From the IMG/VR virus record IMGVR_UViG_3300046697_000300, positions 1 to 64,000 of that record: 64,000 nucleotides of DNA; one strand, given 5' to 3'. A program made the position numbers and the translations under genes. The notes under the pieces are model-generated. The model had not been told where the DNA came from and did not search any database. It saw only the letters and a program-made list of their open reading frames with translations. This document shows, one piece after another, positions 24,886 through 33,195 of this stretch. Every line of letters starts with the position of its first letter. Position 1 is the first letter of the stretch. This stretch comes from a virus.

Positions 24886-26571
24886 CTATAGGGACAATTC
24901 GTACCAAGAATGCAGGACATAAGAGCTTCCACCGACAGTAGAAATCGTGACTTGGAACGTAGCCCCCGGAGGAACAAGCAACGTAAAACCTGATATATTC
25001 CCAGTATTACAGTCGTTATTGATCTCCGTAAAGAGTATCGAACTTCCGTTTACGATCCCAGTGAGCAACCCTGAGGGACCAGTGCAGCCCCCCGTTGGAT
25101 CAGTTCCGTTCATACTCACCATTTCGCTAAGCACACGGCTCGTTGAATTGGTGTAGGTTGTCGAAGTAGTGTAAGTGGAACCACCCGCACAGGCTACAGA
25201 TTGACAATTGAGCAGCGGGTGTGTAGCTGATCCGTTCGTGGCTGAAGTCAGCCGCCCATATGCATCGACCGTCAGGCTCACGTCGGTATAGCTACCCGGC
25301 GTGACGCCAGAGTTTGCCAAGCCGATGTTTGTCTTGCCCGTCACTGGCGTTACCGTCAGTGGGCTAAGAAAGTTGTTCACCGGTTGCTGCGCCACCGATG
25401 TTCCGTTTAACTGGTCCGTCTGGTAATAGAAGGTCGGGAGATCGCCTGCGGTAATGCAGGAAACGAACGTGTCATAAGCTGTTCCGTCTGAGCCTAGGCA
25501 CTCACCGGCTTCGCCCACAGACCCGTTCACTAAATAGCCGCCCTTGGCGTTGATCAGCGCGTCCAGACCGGAGCCCTCGACGTCGACTCCCCATGCCGGC
25601 GTCGAGGTCCCCACTCCGACCGCACCGACATTGTAGAGGTTGTACCCCGACAGCGACAGCGGTCCGGAGATCGATTGCGCATTGTGATTGTAGGGGATCG
25701 TCAGGATCGGAATTGGATAAGTGACCTGGCCGTTGTAATAGGGAATCCCATTCGACAGGTTGTAGGCCGAGCCTGGCCCCAGCAGTTGCCAGAGTTGCGG
25801 ATATTGAAACAGGACGTTGCCGCTCGCGTCGACCAGCGAAACCTTGTAGCCGGTGCCGGTCGGCCATCCGGCATCGTTTGCCACCTGGCGGCAGGCGCTC
25901 GAGTTCATGATGGGCGGGGTTGCGCCTGTGGTCAGCGGCACGGCCTGCGTGAACTGCGCGGTCGGCGTTAGAGTTTGACCCTGGTAGGTCTCGGCGCCCG
26001 GCGCCGTGCCAATGTAGACATCCATGCCCACAGCGGAAGGTGGCCCGGTTCCTGCTGGCGGGAGCACATGGAGCTCGCCGACGCTGGTCAGTTGCTGGGC
26101 CACCTCCACGCTCGGCAGTGTCTGGCCGCCGAACTGGTCGTACCAGGTGAACTTCACGTAGTAATTGCCGACCGGGAGCGTGCCCACAAACTGCGGGCTC
26201 ACTATGGGCGGCGAATAGGGGTTGCCGATCCCCACCACCGAGCCGTTGACGTCGGTGGAGCACTGGCCGCCGTTGACCACGACGCCGGTGCCCCCGACGA
26301 AGAAGACCTGGCTGGGTTGAAAGGAGAGCGTCGCGTTCTTGGCTGGGATCCCGCTCGAGCTGAAAAGTGTGCCCTGGAGAATGACGTATGGAGCCACATA
26401 CTGCGCCGGAGCCGGCGCGGCCAGCAGCACAACTGCCACAAGGCACAAAAAAACGCGGGCAAGCTGTGCTCGCCCGCAATCAGAATCAGTTGCCTTGGTT
26501 GTCCCCGGATGCGCTCCGGAGCCATCAGCGACTGTAAGGTAGTCCATCGTCTCTGTCAAGACCTTTCTCAC
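24886..26571 (-). CDS. tail-fibre-like protein with N-terminal hydrophobic/signal segment
   Basis: 561 aa, GTG 26571 in a GTGA overlap. ARVFLCLVAVVLLAAPAPAQ segment. SGPLSLSGYNLYNVGAVGVGTSTPAWGVDVEGSG...INAKGGYLVNG resembles motifs common in phage tail-fibre proteins. Confidence 0.7.
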   Translation of the reverse strand: MRKVLTETMDYLTVADGSGAHPGTTKATDSDCGRAQLARVFLCLVAVVLLAAPAPAQYVAPYVILQGTLFSSSGIPAKNATLSFQPSQVFFVGGTGVVVNGGQCSTDVNGSVVGIGNPYSPPIVSPQFVGTLPVGNYYVKFTWYDQFGGQTLPSVEVAQQLTSVGELHVLPPAGTGPPSAVGMDVYIGTAPGAETYQGQTLTPTAQFTQAVPLTTGATPPIMNSSACRQVANDAGWPTGTGYKVSLVDASGNVLFQYPQLWQLLGPGSAYNLSNGIPYYNGQVTYPIPILTIPYNHNAQSISGPLSLSGYNLYNVGAVGVGTSTPAWGVDVEGSGLDALINAKGGYLVNGSVGEAGECLGSDGTAYDTFVSCITAGDLPTFYYQTDQLNGTSVAQQPVNNFLSPLTVTPVTGKTNIGLANSGVTPGSYTDVSLTVDAYGRLTSATNGSATHPLLNCQSVACAGGSTYTTSTTYTNSTSRVLSEMVSMNGTDPTGGCTGPSGLLTGIVNGSSILFTEINNDCNTGNISGFTLLVPPGATFQVTISTVGGSSYVLHSWYELSL

Positions 26572-26948
26572 TCGGCGGTTTTGCCGACGCCGCTGTCCTC
26601 GAGTTCGTCCTCGTGGACGGTTTCGAGTTCGCCGGCGCCATCGCCCTGGCTCACCGCGGCTGGCTGCACCAGTTCGGGGCCGGCGACGTGGCCGCGCATC
26701 TCTGCGGCGCGCCGGCGATCCATCTCTTCCTGGGCCAGCTTCGTGTTCTGCTCCTGCACCGTGACGGCCCGCTGCCGCAGCGCGTTCTCTGCGTCCGCCG
26801 CGGCCTTTTGCTCCATCAGGTTGCGATGATCCCTGCCGATCCTCACCATCTCGATAATCGCTGAGTGTGTCTGGACCGGGTAGGCCATCAACTGATCGTT
26901 GAACTTCCTGGCAATTCCGTACATTTCACTGGGTTGCAGCTCTTGCAT
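26568..26948 (-). CDS. hypothetical protein (126 aa), acidic C-terminus
   Basis: ATG 26948 preceded by AAGGAGCAGGGC. Internal start of track ORF 26568..27035. Confidence 0.6.
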   Translation of the reverse strand: MQELQPSEMYGIARKFNDQLMAYPVQTHSAIIEMVRIGRDHRNLMEQKAAADAENALRQRAVTVQEQNTKLAQEEMDRRRAAEMRGHVAGPELVQPAAVSQGDGAGELETVHEDELEDSGVGKTAE

Positions 26949-27366
26949 GCCCTGCTCCTTTTTGCTTCCGCGCCCGTTCGAGCTCCGTGCAATCCGGTCC
27001 GCACGGGATGCGGTGCCCTTCGTATTGCCGGTCAAGATCGAACCGGCTCTCTGCCTCAGCGTCGAGCAGCGCCCGGCCGCAAAGGTTGCAGCGCCGGTAC
27101 TTCGCCACGGTCAACTGCGGCGTCCCGCCGGCTTCCTGGTCCATCCGGCAAAGCAGGTTCGCAGCGATGCGGCCCAGCCAGACCTTGTCCTTATTCGACT
27201 CGAGGCCTGGTATCGCCTTGGCCAGTGCCCAACCAGGTACGTCGATCGCCTCGGGTTCTACCAGCGCAATTTCTTTGAGGCGCGGCGTCTTCCAGCCAAA
27301 CTGCCGGCGGATCCGCTCGTCACGCCAGCGGTCGTCGCGTGTTCTTTGCCAAACTGGGGTTGCCAT
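26926..27366 (-). CDS. hypothetical protein with a Cys-rich zinc-finger-like segment
   Basis: ATG 27366 within track ORF 26926..27465. CNLCG...CGPDC. The start overlaps the upstream gene by 47 nt, so it is uncertain. Confidence 0.5.
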   Translation of the reverse strand: MATPVWQRTRDDRWRDERIRRQFGWKTPRLKEIALVEPEAIDVPGWALAKAIPGLESNKDKVWLGRIAANLLCRMDQEAGGTPQLTVAKYRRCNLCGRALLDAEAESRFDLDRQYEGHRIPCGPDCTELERARKQKGAGHARAATQ

Positions 27367-27676
27367 TCGAGGGGTCAATCTCATTCGAGGAAATCTGTGT
27401 GCCGTCCTCGAGGTAATACTCGGCCAAGTAATTCGGGCTAGAGCCCTTTGGGTAGCCGCGGTCAAAGTTCATGATCTGCATCGATCGGTCGCTGACCGTG
27501 ACCGCCTTCATGTACACCGGATGGCCTTTCGAGGTGAGTGACGTGATCGTCGCGCCGTTGTCCAACTTCCCTGGGGGCAGCGTCACCATCACGGTCGCAC
27601 TCGCCTCGGCGAGTGCTGGGCCGGAAAGGACGGCGGCCGCCCCGAGTCCGAAAAAACTGCGGCGAGTAATGCTCAC
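27320..27676 (-). CDS. small Tat-exported protein
   Basis: GTG 27676 after GGAGAA. Twin-arginine signal ITRRSFFGLGAAAVLSGPALA. Confidence 0.6.
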   Translation of the reverse strand: MSITRRSFFGLGAAAVLSGPALAEASATVMVTLPPGKLDNGATITSLTSKGHPVYMKAVTVSDRSMQIMNFDRGYPKGSSPNYLAEYYLEDGTQISSNEIDPSNGNPSLAKNTRRPLA

Positions 27677-27822
27677 TTGATTCTCCGCAAAGCGTTGCGG
27701 CTGGTCACGGCCTTGTACCCGTCGCCGAACTCGACCAGGCAGGAGTTCATCTCGCCGCGCACCAACACGCGGCAGGTCTGGCCCTTGCGGCCCATTCGGT
27801 TCCAGGCGTAGCGGTAAACCAT
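27673..27822 (-). CDS. hypothetical small protein (49 aa), below the ORF-track cut-off
   Basis: Hand translation gives MVYRYAWNRMGRKGQTCRVLVRGEMNSCLVEFGDGYKAVTSRNALRRIK*. Its stop overlaps the next GTG start (GTGA). Confidence 0.45.
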   Translation of the reverse strand: MVYRYAWNRMGRKGQTCRVLVRGEMNSCLVEFGDGYKAVTSRNALRRIK

Positions 27823-28070
27823 CAGCACCTTTTCAACGGACGGCAGGAGGTCGCGGGACTTACTGCCGCCCGGATTAGCGGCCCGACTTGGCCCGGGCTG
27901 CTAACTGAATCCGTAATTGCGTGGGCGACGGTCCCTTTCGTGCTGGACCCGACTTGTATTGCGTCATTCACGTCGCAACCTACGCCCGCGCAAAATCGTG
28001 GGCCCAGCTACCGCTGCTCGCCTTCGCCAGGCCCCAAAGCCGGCGAAGCAGCAGAAAGCCGGCACCGAGG

Positions 28071-28199
28071 TTAATCGAGAGTCAGGTCCGCCTCCAGAAA
28101 AACCATCTCAAGCGGTCTGCGTTTGATCCCGGTGTAATCTCCGCTCGCGATCCGGTGCTCTTCGCCTTCGATGTAAAACTGCAACCCGTTGAGGCTCAC
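28071..28199 (-). CDS. possible 42-aa ORF coupled by a GTGA overlap
   Basis: GTG 28199 overlaps the stop of 28196..28570. VSLNGLQFYIEGEEHRIASGDYTGIKRRPLEMVFLEADLTLD. It could instead be the frameshifted tail of the upstream gene. Confidence 0.3.
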   Translation of the reverse strand: MSLNGLQFYIEGEEHRIASGDYTGIKRRPLEMVFLEADLTLD

Positions 28200-28570
28200 G
28201 GCACCAACTGCATCGTCGCCGCCGGCCCCTTGCCGTCCGCGTCCCGGCTCATTGTCTTGCGCCAGGTGCGCGCTCGCAGCAACTTGATCACCGGGATCCA
28301 CACGGCCTCGGTTACTTCCTGGCCCTTGCGGATCACTACTCTTTCGCCGTGAACCCATTCCGCACGCTCCTGACTCACCAACTTGTCGGCATGTGCCAGA
28401 TCCAGGTGGCCGTGCCGGCGACTCTTGCAAGCCTCGCCGCTCGGCGGCTCCGTCCACTCAGCGCGGCCGGCCAGCACGCAGATCGGTGTGCTCGACTTGA
28501 GTCCCGCCGGCCGCCTCGCGCTCACTATTCTGTCCCGCCCACAGTCTCGCCTCACCGGTAGCTGCGCCAT
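28196..28570 (-). CDS. hypothetical protein (124 aa)
   Basis: Frame choice is supported by my hand tally of third-codon positions over 28199-28570, about 85% G/C. ATG 28570 has only a weak SD. Confidence 0.5.
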   Translation of the reverse strand: MAQLPVRRDCGRDRIVSARRPAGLKSSTPICVLAGRAEWTEPPSGEACKSRRHGHLDLAHADKLVSQERAEWVHGERVVIRKGQEVTEAVWIPVIKLLRARTWRKTMSRDADGKGPAATMQLVP

Positions 28571-28730
28571 GCCTGGATAGTTTGCGCGGGAACTTTGGCC
28601 CCCGGCGGCGCGCCCTGCAGGCGGGGCTATCCGGCCCGGCCTGCGCATTTCTGCCCAACTTATTTGACTGGGATCAGCAAATTAAGATCGCACGGCTTCG
28701 GAAACCCCAAACCCCGCACTCGGTGCAACC

Positions 28731-29048
28731 TTAACTCCGCCGGGCCGCATCGTCAATAGCAAACTGTGGAAGTTGTGCAAAAACGTCACTTACCCCGCTC
28801 GCGATGACCACGTCCGCCAGCATGGCTGGGCGCTCGGGCTTAAACAACCAACCCAGCCGATCACCACCCCACTCGACCGAGATCCGGCCGCGCAACTCAG
28901 CGCCAGACCCGAAAGGCAGGCACCTAAACGTCCTGTTCGGAGGAACCCACACCACATACCAGGCCCCGGGCTGGAGTAGCCGGCACCGGGCAATAAGCTC
29001 GCGCAGAGCTGCGTGCACCTCTCTTAGATCTCGACCTAGTTTGTTCAC
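28731..29048 (-). CDS. hypothetical protein (105 aa)
   Basis: Complete ORF. Its start overlaps the ASCH gene stop by 4 nt. Confidence 0.55.
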   Translation of the reverse strand: MNKLGRDLREVHAALRELIARCRLLQPGAWYVVWVPPNRTFRCLPFGSGAELRGRISVEWGGDRLGWLFKPERPAMLADVVIASGVSDVFAQLPQFAIDDAARRS

Positions 29049-29482
29049 GCTGCATCTCCGATCAGCCCCGGCGGCACGTTGAAGAAACCGAGTTGGCCTT
29101 TGAACGGCACCGCCGCGGCCAGCGCCACAGGGTTACGCAAAACCAGGCCCACTTCGCCCTGAAACCACGGGCTCGCGGATCCAGTCACTCGCCCCACAAT
29201 CTCGACGGACCCAACGATACACCCGCAGAACGGCTCGAGGGCGCGCCAGTCTTTCAAGAGGCCGACCTCGCTCTGCTGCTGGATTGACTTCGCCTGCATC
29301 TCCTCGGCCGCACAAAAATCGTCGAAGACCTCCGCCGGCTTCCAGAACTTGCCTACGTGGATCCACACTGGCCCGATGTACTGCTCCACCGCCGCCGGCG
29401 ACCTCCGGTCGCGGTTCTCGATGTCCTTGCCGCCGTACAGAATGAACCACCACCACGGCGCCCGGATGCTCAGAGCTTTCAT
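29045..29482 (-). CDS. ASCH-domain protein
   Basis: MKALSIRAPWWWFILYGGKDIENRDRR matches the characteristic ASCH N-terminus (SIrqPWa..I..G.K.iEnR). Confidence 0.7.
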   Translation of the reverse strand: MKALSIRAPWWWFILYGGKDIENRDRRSPAAVEQYIGPVWIHVGKFWKPAEVFDDFCAAEEMQAKSIQQQSEVGLLKDWRALEPFCGCIVGSVEIVGRVTGSASPWFQGEVGLVLRNPVALAAAVPFKGQLGFFNVPPGLIGDAA

Positions 29483-29730
29483 CGCCGCGACCCCTGGTTG
29501 CGGTATGCCGCCGCGTCAATCATCAACTCGGCACAGATGCGGCTCAAGGTGTTCCGGTGCATGTGGAGATCCGTGGCGGCCTTACACTGGTTGCCGCGGT
29601 GTTCGCGCAGGGTCTGCGAGATAAACGACCTCCGGAAAGCTGCGACCGTAGTCTCGAAGTCGAGGCCGTGGTTGCGTGCTTCCTCGCATGCGGCGGCGAT
29701 CGCGGCGTGAACCTGGCCCAGCGGTGTCAC
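29479..29730 (-). CDS. Fis-type helix-turn-helix DNA-binding protein (83 aa)
   Basis: C-terminal REHRGNQCKAATDLHMHRNTLSRICAEL matches the Fis/NtrC-type HTH_8 pattern. Start set at GTG 29730 (GTGA overlap with the upstream stop). The track ORF extends to 29877. Confidence 0.6.
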   Translation of the reverse strand: MTPLGQVHAAIAAACEEARNHGLDFETTVAAFRRSFISQTLREHRGNQCKAATDLHMHRNTLSRICAELMIDAAAYRNQGSRR

Positions 29731-30125
29731 ATCCGGAACTTCGCGTCGGTCGTTTCCCTGTACTGCGTGAGATCGAAGTATCTCCATCCCCGAAAGCCCT
29801 CCATGTAGATTCTGTCTTTGAGCCGCACGCATGGCGGCGCGCAGACTGCGACCTTTGCGTCCTTCCGTATCTGCCACTCGCTCTCGCCGCCATCCAGGCG
29901 CCGCAGTTCCGGCAGCGTGCCGTCATTCACAATGATCTCCTCGACTTTGAAGGATCCGAGGATGCGGCCCCCATAGGTGAACCAAAGGCGATCGACCTGC
30001 TCCTTCGGCCGCCCGCGGCCGAGCGTGAAGTAGTAGCGGTGGAACGCCGGCACTGCCGGCGAGAACATGCGCGCTGTCGATCGCGCGCTCACGCAGGCCG
30101 GCCAGGTTTTGATGATCTCAGCCAC
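29727..30125 (-). CDS. hypothetical protein (132 aa)
   Basis: GTG 30125, 8-nt overlap with the upstream gene. Confidence 0.55.
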   Translation of the reverse strand: MAEIIKTWPACVSARSTARMFSPAVPAFHRYYFTLGRGRPKEQVDRLWFTYGGRILGSFKVEEIIVNDGTLPELRRLDGGESEWQIRKDAKVAVCAPPCVRLKDRIYMEGFRGWRYFDLTQYRETTDAKFRM

Positions 30126-30822
30126 TGCGCCACTCCTCCGCCAGCGCCCGCCGGGAAAGTTCCTTGTCTATCTCGGCCGCAATCAACGCGCCGGCCTTGA
30201 CGAGGTTTCGTAGCGCGTCAGTTGTCGGCTTCCACATGCCTTTGGCCAATGGCCACTCCATCGCGATATTCGGCAGCCCTTTTACCTCGCCGTTAAACTG
30301 CAACACGGCAACGCGCAGATAGGCCAGGGCGGCGGCCGAGAGCGGCCCTGATCTCCGGCGCTCGTCCGCCCTCATCCCAAAGCCCTCAGCCGTGAATTGC
30401 CGGGCGCGCTCGATCGCGATCAACGCCGACCCTTTGCTGCCAAGGACAGCCGCGTCTCCCCCCTCAGTGAGCGGCGCGAGCGGGATCTCGCGCGCGCCGC
30501 TGTGCCGGGGAGCTCTCGCGAACGATGGGACATCGCAGGCGTCACGGCGATCTGCGATACGGAACACTTGCTCATCGAGGTACGGGTTGTCGTCACCTGG
30601 CTGCCGGGTAGCGTTGCGCTGTCCGACGTCCTCAACCCCTGCGACCGCCGGCCCGCTGGTCAGCAATTCCTTGAGGTGTTGTTCCGCCGCCTGTTCGCAG
30701 GCCCGACGGCTGAGACCGCTTTGGTCGAGCAGTGTGAAGGCACGAACCCATGCGCCGCAAATGCAAAAAACTACTGCCAACCCGGTCGCGCGGTCGTCGA
30801 CAGCCCTGATCTCGTGTTTCAT
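30118..30822 (-). CDS. hypothetical protein (234 aa); C-terminal helical region faintly MazG-like
   Basis: ATG 30822 in an ATGA overlap with the integrase stop, GGAGG upstream. C-terminal LVKAGALIAAEIDKEL recalls phage NTP-pyrophosphohydrolase tails, but this is a weak resemblance. Confidence 0.55.
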   Translation of the reverse strand: MKHEIRAVDDRATGLAVVFCICGAWVRAFTLLDQSGLSRRACEQAAEQHLKELLTSGPAVAGVEDVGQRNATRQPGDDNPYLDEQVFRIADRRDACDVPSFARAPRHSGAREIPLAPLTEGGDAAVLGSKGSALIAIERARQFTAEGFGMRADERRRSGPLSAAALAYLRVAVLQFNGEVKGLPNIAMEWPLAKGMWKPTTDALRNLVKAGALIAAEIDKELSRRALAEEWRSG

Positions 30823-31991
30823 TTCAAAGCCTCCAGGTAGTCCGCCCACGCGGCTAGCATTTGTTTGCGCTCGGCGCCGAACAGCGCCCGGTTGTAGGTG
30901 CCTCTCACGCCGAGCGGCGTGTGATTCATGGCCTTCTCGATCCAGTCGGCATTGTAGCCGCGCTCGTTCAAGTGCGTCGAGCCGGTGCGGCGCAGATCGT
31001 GGGGACAAAAATGCGGCATGCCCCAGTCGACGCGCGAGATGGCTTTGTTAAGCGCTGCCGCGGGCAGCGGCTGCGTCGTCGAATTATACTGCGGCAGCAC
31101 GAACGGCGACTCGCCGGCCAGCGTTTTAAGGTGCTGAAACAGGCCGGCGGCGCGCGGGCTTAGATAAAAAATGTGCTCGGTCCCCATCTTCGAGAGCTCG
31201 GCCGGCAGCTCCCAGGTGGCCTTCTCAAAGTGGACGTGCTCCCAGCGCGCCAGGCGCAGTTCGCTCTTGCGGCAGAGGGTCAGGAGCATAATCTCGAGCG
31301 CCACCGCCAGCCGCGGCGGCCTCAGCGCCGGCAGTTTTTTGAAGAACAGTTTCAGCTCCTCTTCGCTGAGATAGCGTATGCGCGAGCGGTGCTGCGTGAC
31401 GTAGCGCAGCGGCGTCATGTCGACCGGGTTACGGGGTAGAACGCCACAGGATTTCGCGTAGTCGAAAAGCCGCTTTAGCAGGTGGCGGAGGGCCGCGGCC
31501 GCTTCTGGCTTGCCGTCGTCGCGGCGCTTGAAAATCATCTTCTGGATGTCCCAGGGGTCGACCACGCACATCGGCTGGCGGCCGAGTTTTGGGTAAACGT
31601 CGCGTTCCAGATAGCGACTCACCGCGCGCGGATCCTTGCGCACCTTCTCGACGACCTCCTTCACAAACCGGCGGCCGAACTCGCGGACCGTCACGCGCTG
31701 GTTCCTCAGGAGCCTCTCCTTGCGGATCGTGTCCGACGGCCGCTCGCCGCGAATCACGATTTCCTCGAACGAAGCGCGGCGTTTCCGGGCAGCCTCAAGC
31801 TTCACCCAGGGCCATCTGGCAAAGGTCACGGCCTCGTCGCGGCCGTCGATCGAATAGCGGTAAACCCACATTCGCCGGCCTGTCGGATGGCACCGGAGCC
31901 AGAGGCCGCCGCCGTCGGCAAGCCAGTAAGGCCTGTCTTTATTGGCTAATTCGTGCAGCTTGGTCTCTGTCAAATTGCCAGCCGGTGACAC
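30819..31991 (-). CDS. int: tyrosine recombinase / phage integrase (P4-type, N-terminal arm-binding domain)
   Basis: YWLADGGGLWLRCHPTGRRMWVYRY N-domain. Catalytic contexts LLTLCRKSELRLARWEHV (Arg), HDLRRTGSTHL (HxxR) and VRGTYNR (Tyr). Confidence 0.9.
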   Translation of the reverse strand: MSPAGNLTETKLHELANKDRPYWLADGGGLWLRCHPTGRRMWVYRYSIDGRDEAVTFARWPWVKLEAARKRRASFEEIVIRGERPSDTIRKERLLRNQRVTVREFGRRFVKEVVEKVRKDPRAVSRYLERDVYPKLGRQPMCVVDPWDIQKMIFKRRDDGKPEAAAALRHLLKRLFDYAKSCGVLPRNPVDMTPLRYVTQHRSRIRYLSEEELKLFFKKLPALRPPRLAVALEIMLLTLCRKSELRLARWEHVHFEKATWELPAELSKMGTEHIFYLSPRAAGLFQHLKTLAGESPFVLPQYNSTTQPLPAAALNKAISRVDWGMPHFCPHDLRRTGSTHLNERGYNADWIEKAMNHTPLGVRGTYNRALFGAERKQMLAAWADYLEALK

Positions 31992-32081
31992 ATTCCGCTC
32001 CTGTTTGAGTCCATCGAAGCATAGACCAAGTGGTTTCAGAAGTCAAACAAGCCCAGGCATGGAAAATTCCGGCGTTTATTC

Positions 32082-32109
32082 TTGACAAACTCTAAGATTA
32101 GCGTATTGT
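32082..32109 (+). promoter_or_regulatory. putative sigma70-type promoter of the plus-strand operon
   Basis: TTGACA 32082-32087, 16-nt spacer, TATTGT 32104-32109. Followed by AAGGAGGGAG and ATG 32132. Confidence 0.4.
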
Positions 32110-32131
32110 AAGAAACCAAGGAGGGAGCGCC

Positions 32132-32530
32132 ATGCCAACTCGAAGCGAGTATCAGCCAGTCCCGGTGACGGCAGCCCGTAACGTCGGCGAGATGTTCAGC
32201 AAGGACATCGTCATCATTACCGCGTGGGACGCAGAACACTTAATGCTCCACACAACGACATGGGGCCGCAGGCCTGACGACAATGTTCAGCTGCTGACAG
32301 CTTCGCCTTCCCTGCTTGCGCCTCAATTGCAGATGAGCAGTTATGCCCCCACAGTGGCTGGAGCTAAGGCTTTGGAGAGCGGGGCAGTTCGAGCAGACGC
32401 GGAGTGGCCTGCCGAGGCGATCGTCAATCTCCATCTTCTGGGAAAAGGAGTAGGGTGGGCGCTAGCGATCGAAAGCGCAGCGGCGTTAAGCATTTACGGC
32501 ATCTGGTATCTGTGGCATCTTTGGCTGTAA
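32132..32530 (+). CDS. hypothetical protein with C-terminal TM helix, lower G+C
   Basis: Strong SD AAGGAGGGAG. C-terminal WALAIESAAALSIYGIWYLWHLWL. First gene next to the int/attP spacer, a typical moron position. Confidence 0.6.
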   Translation: MPTRSEYQPVPVTAARNVGEMFSKDIVIITAWDAEHLMLHTTTWGRRPDDNVQLLTASPSLLAPQLQMSSYAPTVAGAKALESGAVRADAEWPAEAIVNLHLLGKGVGWALAIESAAALSIYGIWYLWHLWL

Positions 32531-32625
32531 GGCGCACCGGCCAATGACCTCGTCAACAAGGCCATCACCGAAACCGAAGAATTGATCGGCGAGGTCGACG
32601 AGGCGGTGTGGGAGGGTCAAAAGCT

Positions 32626-32817
32626 ATGAGAAAAGGCGCTCGCTTTACCAGCCGCTGTCCCCGCTGCCAGGCCTCGGCCGGCGCGCCCTGCCGCGACAAG
32701 GATGGCAACCCGATGCCCGGCGTCCACTTCCAGCGCAAGACCGAACTGCGCCGCGCGATCGACGCGGCGTTCTATCTCTACGCGCCGCCTAAACGTGAAA
32801 GAGAGGCCACCGAATGA
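32626..32817 (+). CDS. small zinc-finger-like protein
   Basis: ATG 32626 after GGGAGGG. CPRCQ...APCRD. Confidence 0.55.
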   Translation: MRKGARFTSRCPRCQASAGAPCRDKDGNPMPGVHFQRKTELRRAIDAAFYLYAPPKREREATE

Positions 32818-33191
32818 CCCAAAAGAAGAAGCCTGATCCGGAGCGCACCATGGTGGCCAACGAGCCCCTCGTTCTTACTTACGGTCCTGTCGTCCTAAAC
32901 CGGCTCACTAGAGACGTGCGCGTCAATGAACGGCCGCATCATCTTGCGCCCACCCAGTTCCGGCTGCTCGAGTTTCTGCTGCTTAACCAGGGCCTTTGCT
33001 GGAGCCGCAACGAGCTCGCCCAGCGCGTCTGGCAACGTGGGAAGCGCGCCAACTCGATCGACGTCGCCATCTGCAAACTGCGCACGCAACTCGGCGGCGA
33101 GGGCGCCCGCATCATCGAGACGGTGCGCGGCAAGGGCTACCGGGTTCTCGACGAATTTCATACTTCAACAAAGAAGGGAGGAACCATATAA
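32814..33191 (+). CDS. stand-alone OmpR/PhoB-type winged-helix DNA-binding protein (no receiver domain)
   Basis: LAPTQFRLLEFLLLNQGLCWSRNELAQRVW...SIDVAICKLRTQL...IETVRGKGYRV matches the Trans_reg_C pattern. ATGA overlap start. Confidence 0.75.
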   Translation: MTQKKKPDPERTMVANEPLVLTYGPVVLNRLTRDVRVNERPHHLAPTQFRLLEFLLLNQGLCWSRNELAQRVWQRGKRANSIDVAICKLRTQLGGEGARIIETVRGKGYRVLDEFHTSTKKGGTI

Positions 33192-33195
33192 CCAT

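Noticed and set aside
28038-28068. Possible terminator hairpin GCCGGC-N13-GCCGGC after 28071..28199
   Set aside because: The stem is only 6 bp, the loop is large and there is no U-tract.
27917-28352. Plus-strand ORFs 27917..28126 and 27921..28352 in the early region
   Set aside because: No SD. They run opposite to every neighbouring gene. The minus frame 28196..28570 shows ~85% G/C at third positions.
31992-32131. tRNA gene or tRNA-derived att core next to the integrase
   Set aside because: No cloverleaf-compatible segment or T-arm consensus was seen here or elsewhere in the window. It cannot be excluded without tRNAscan-type tools.
32036-32239. 67-aa minus-strand ORF spanning the int/operon spacer
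   Set aside because: It overlaps the predicted promoter and the strongly SD-led gene 32132..32530 and has no SD of its own.
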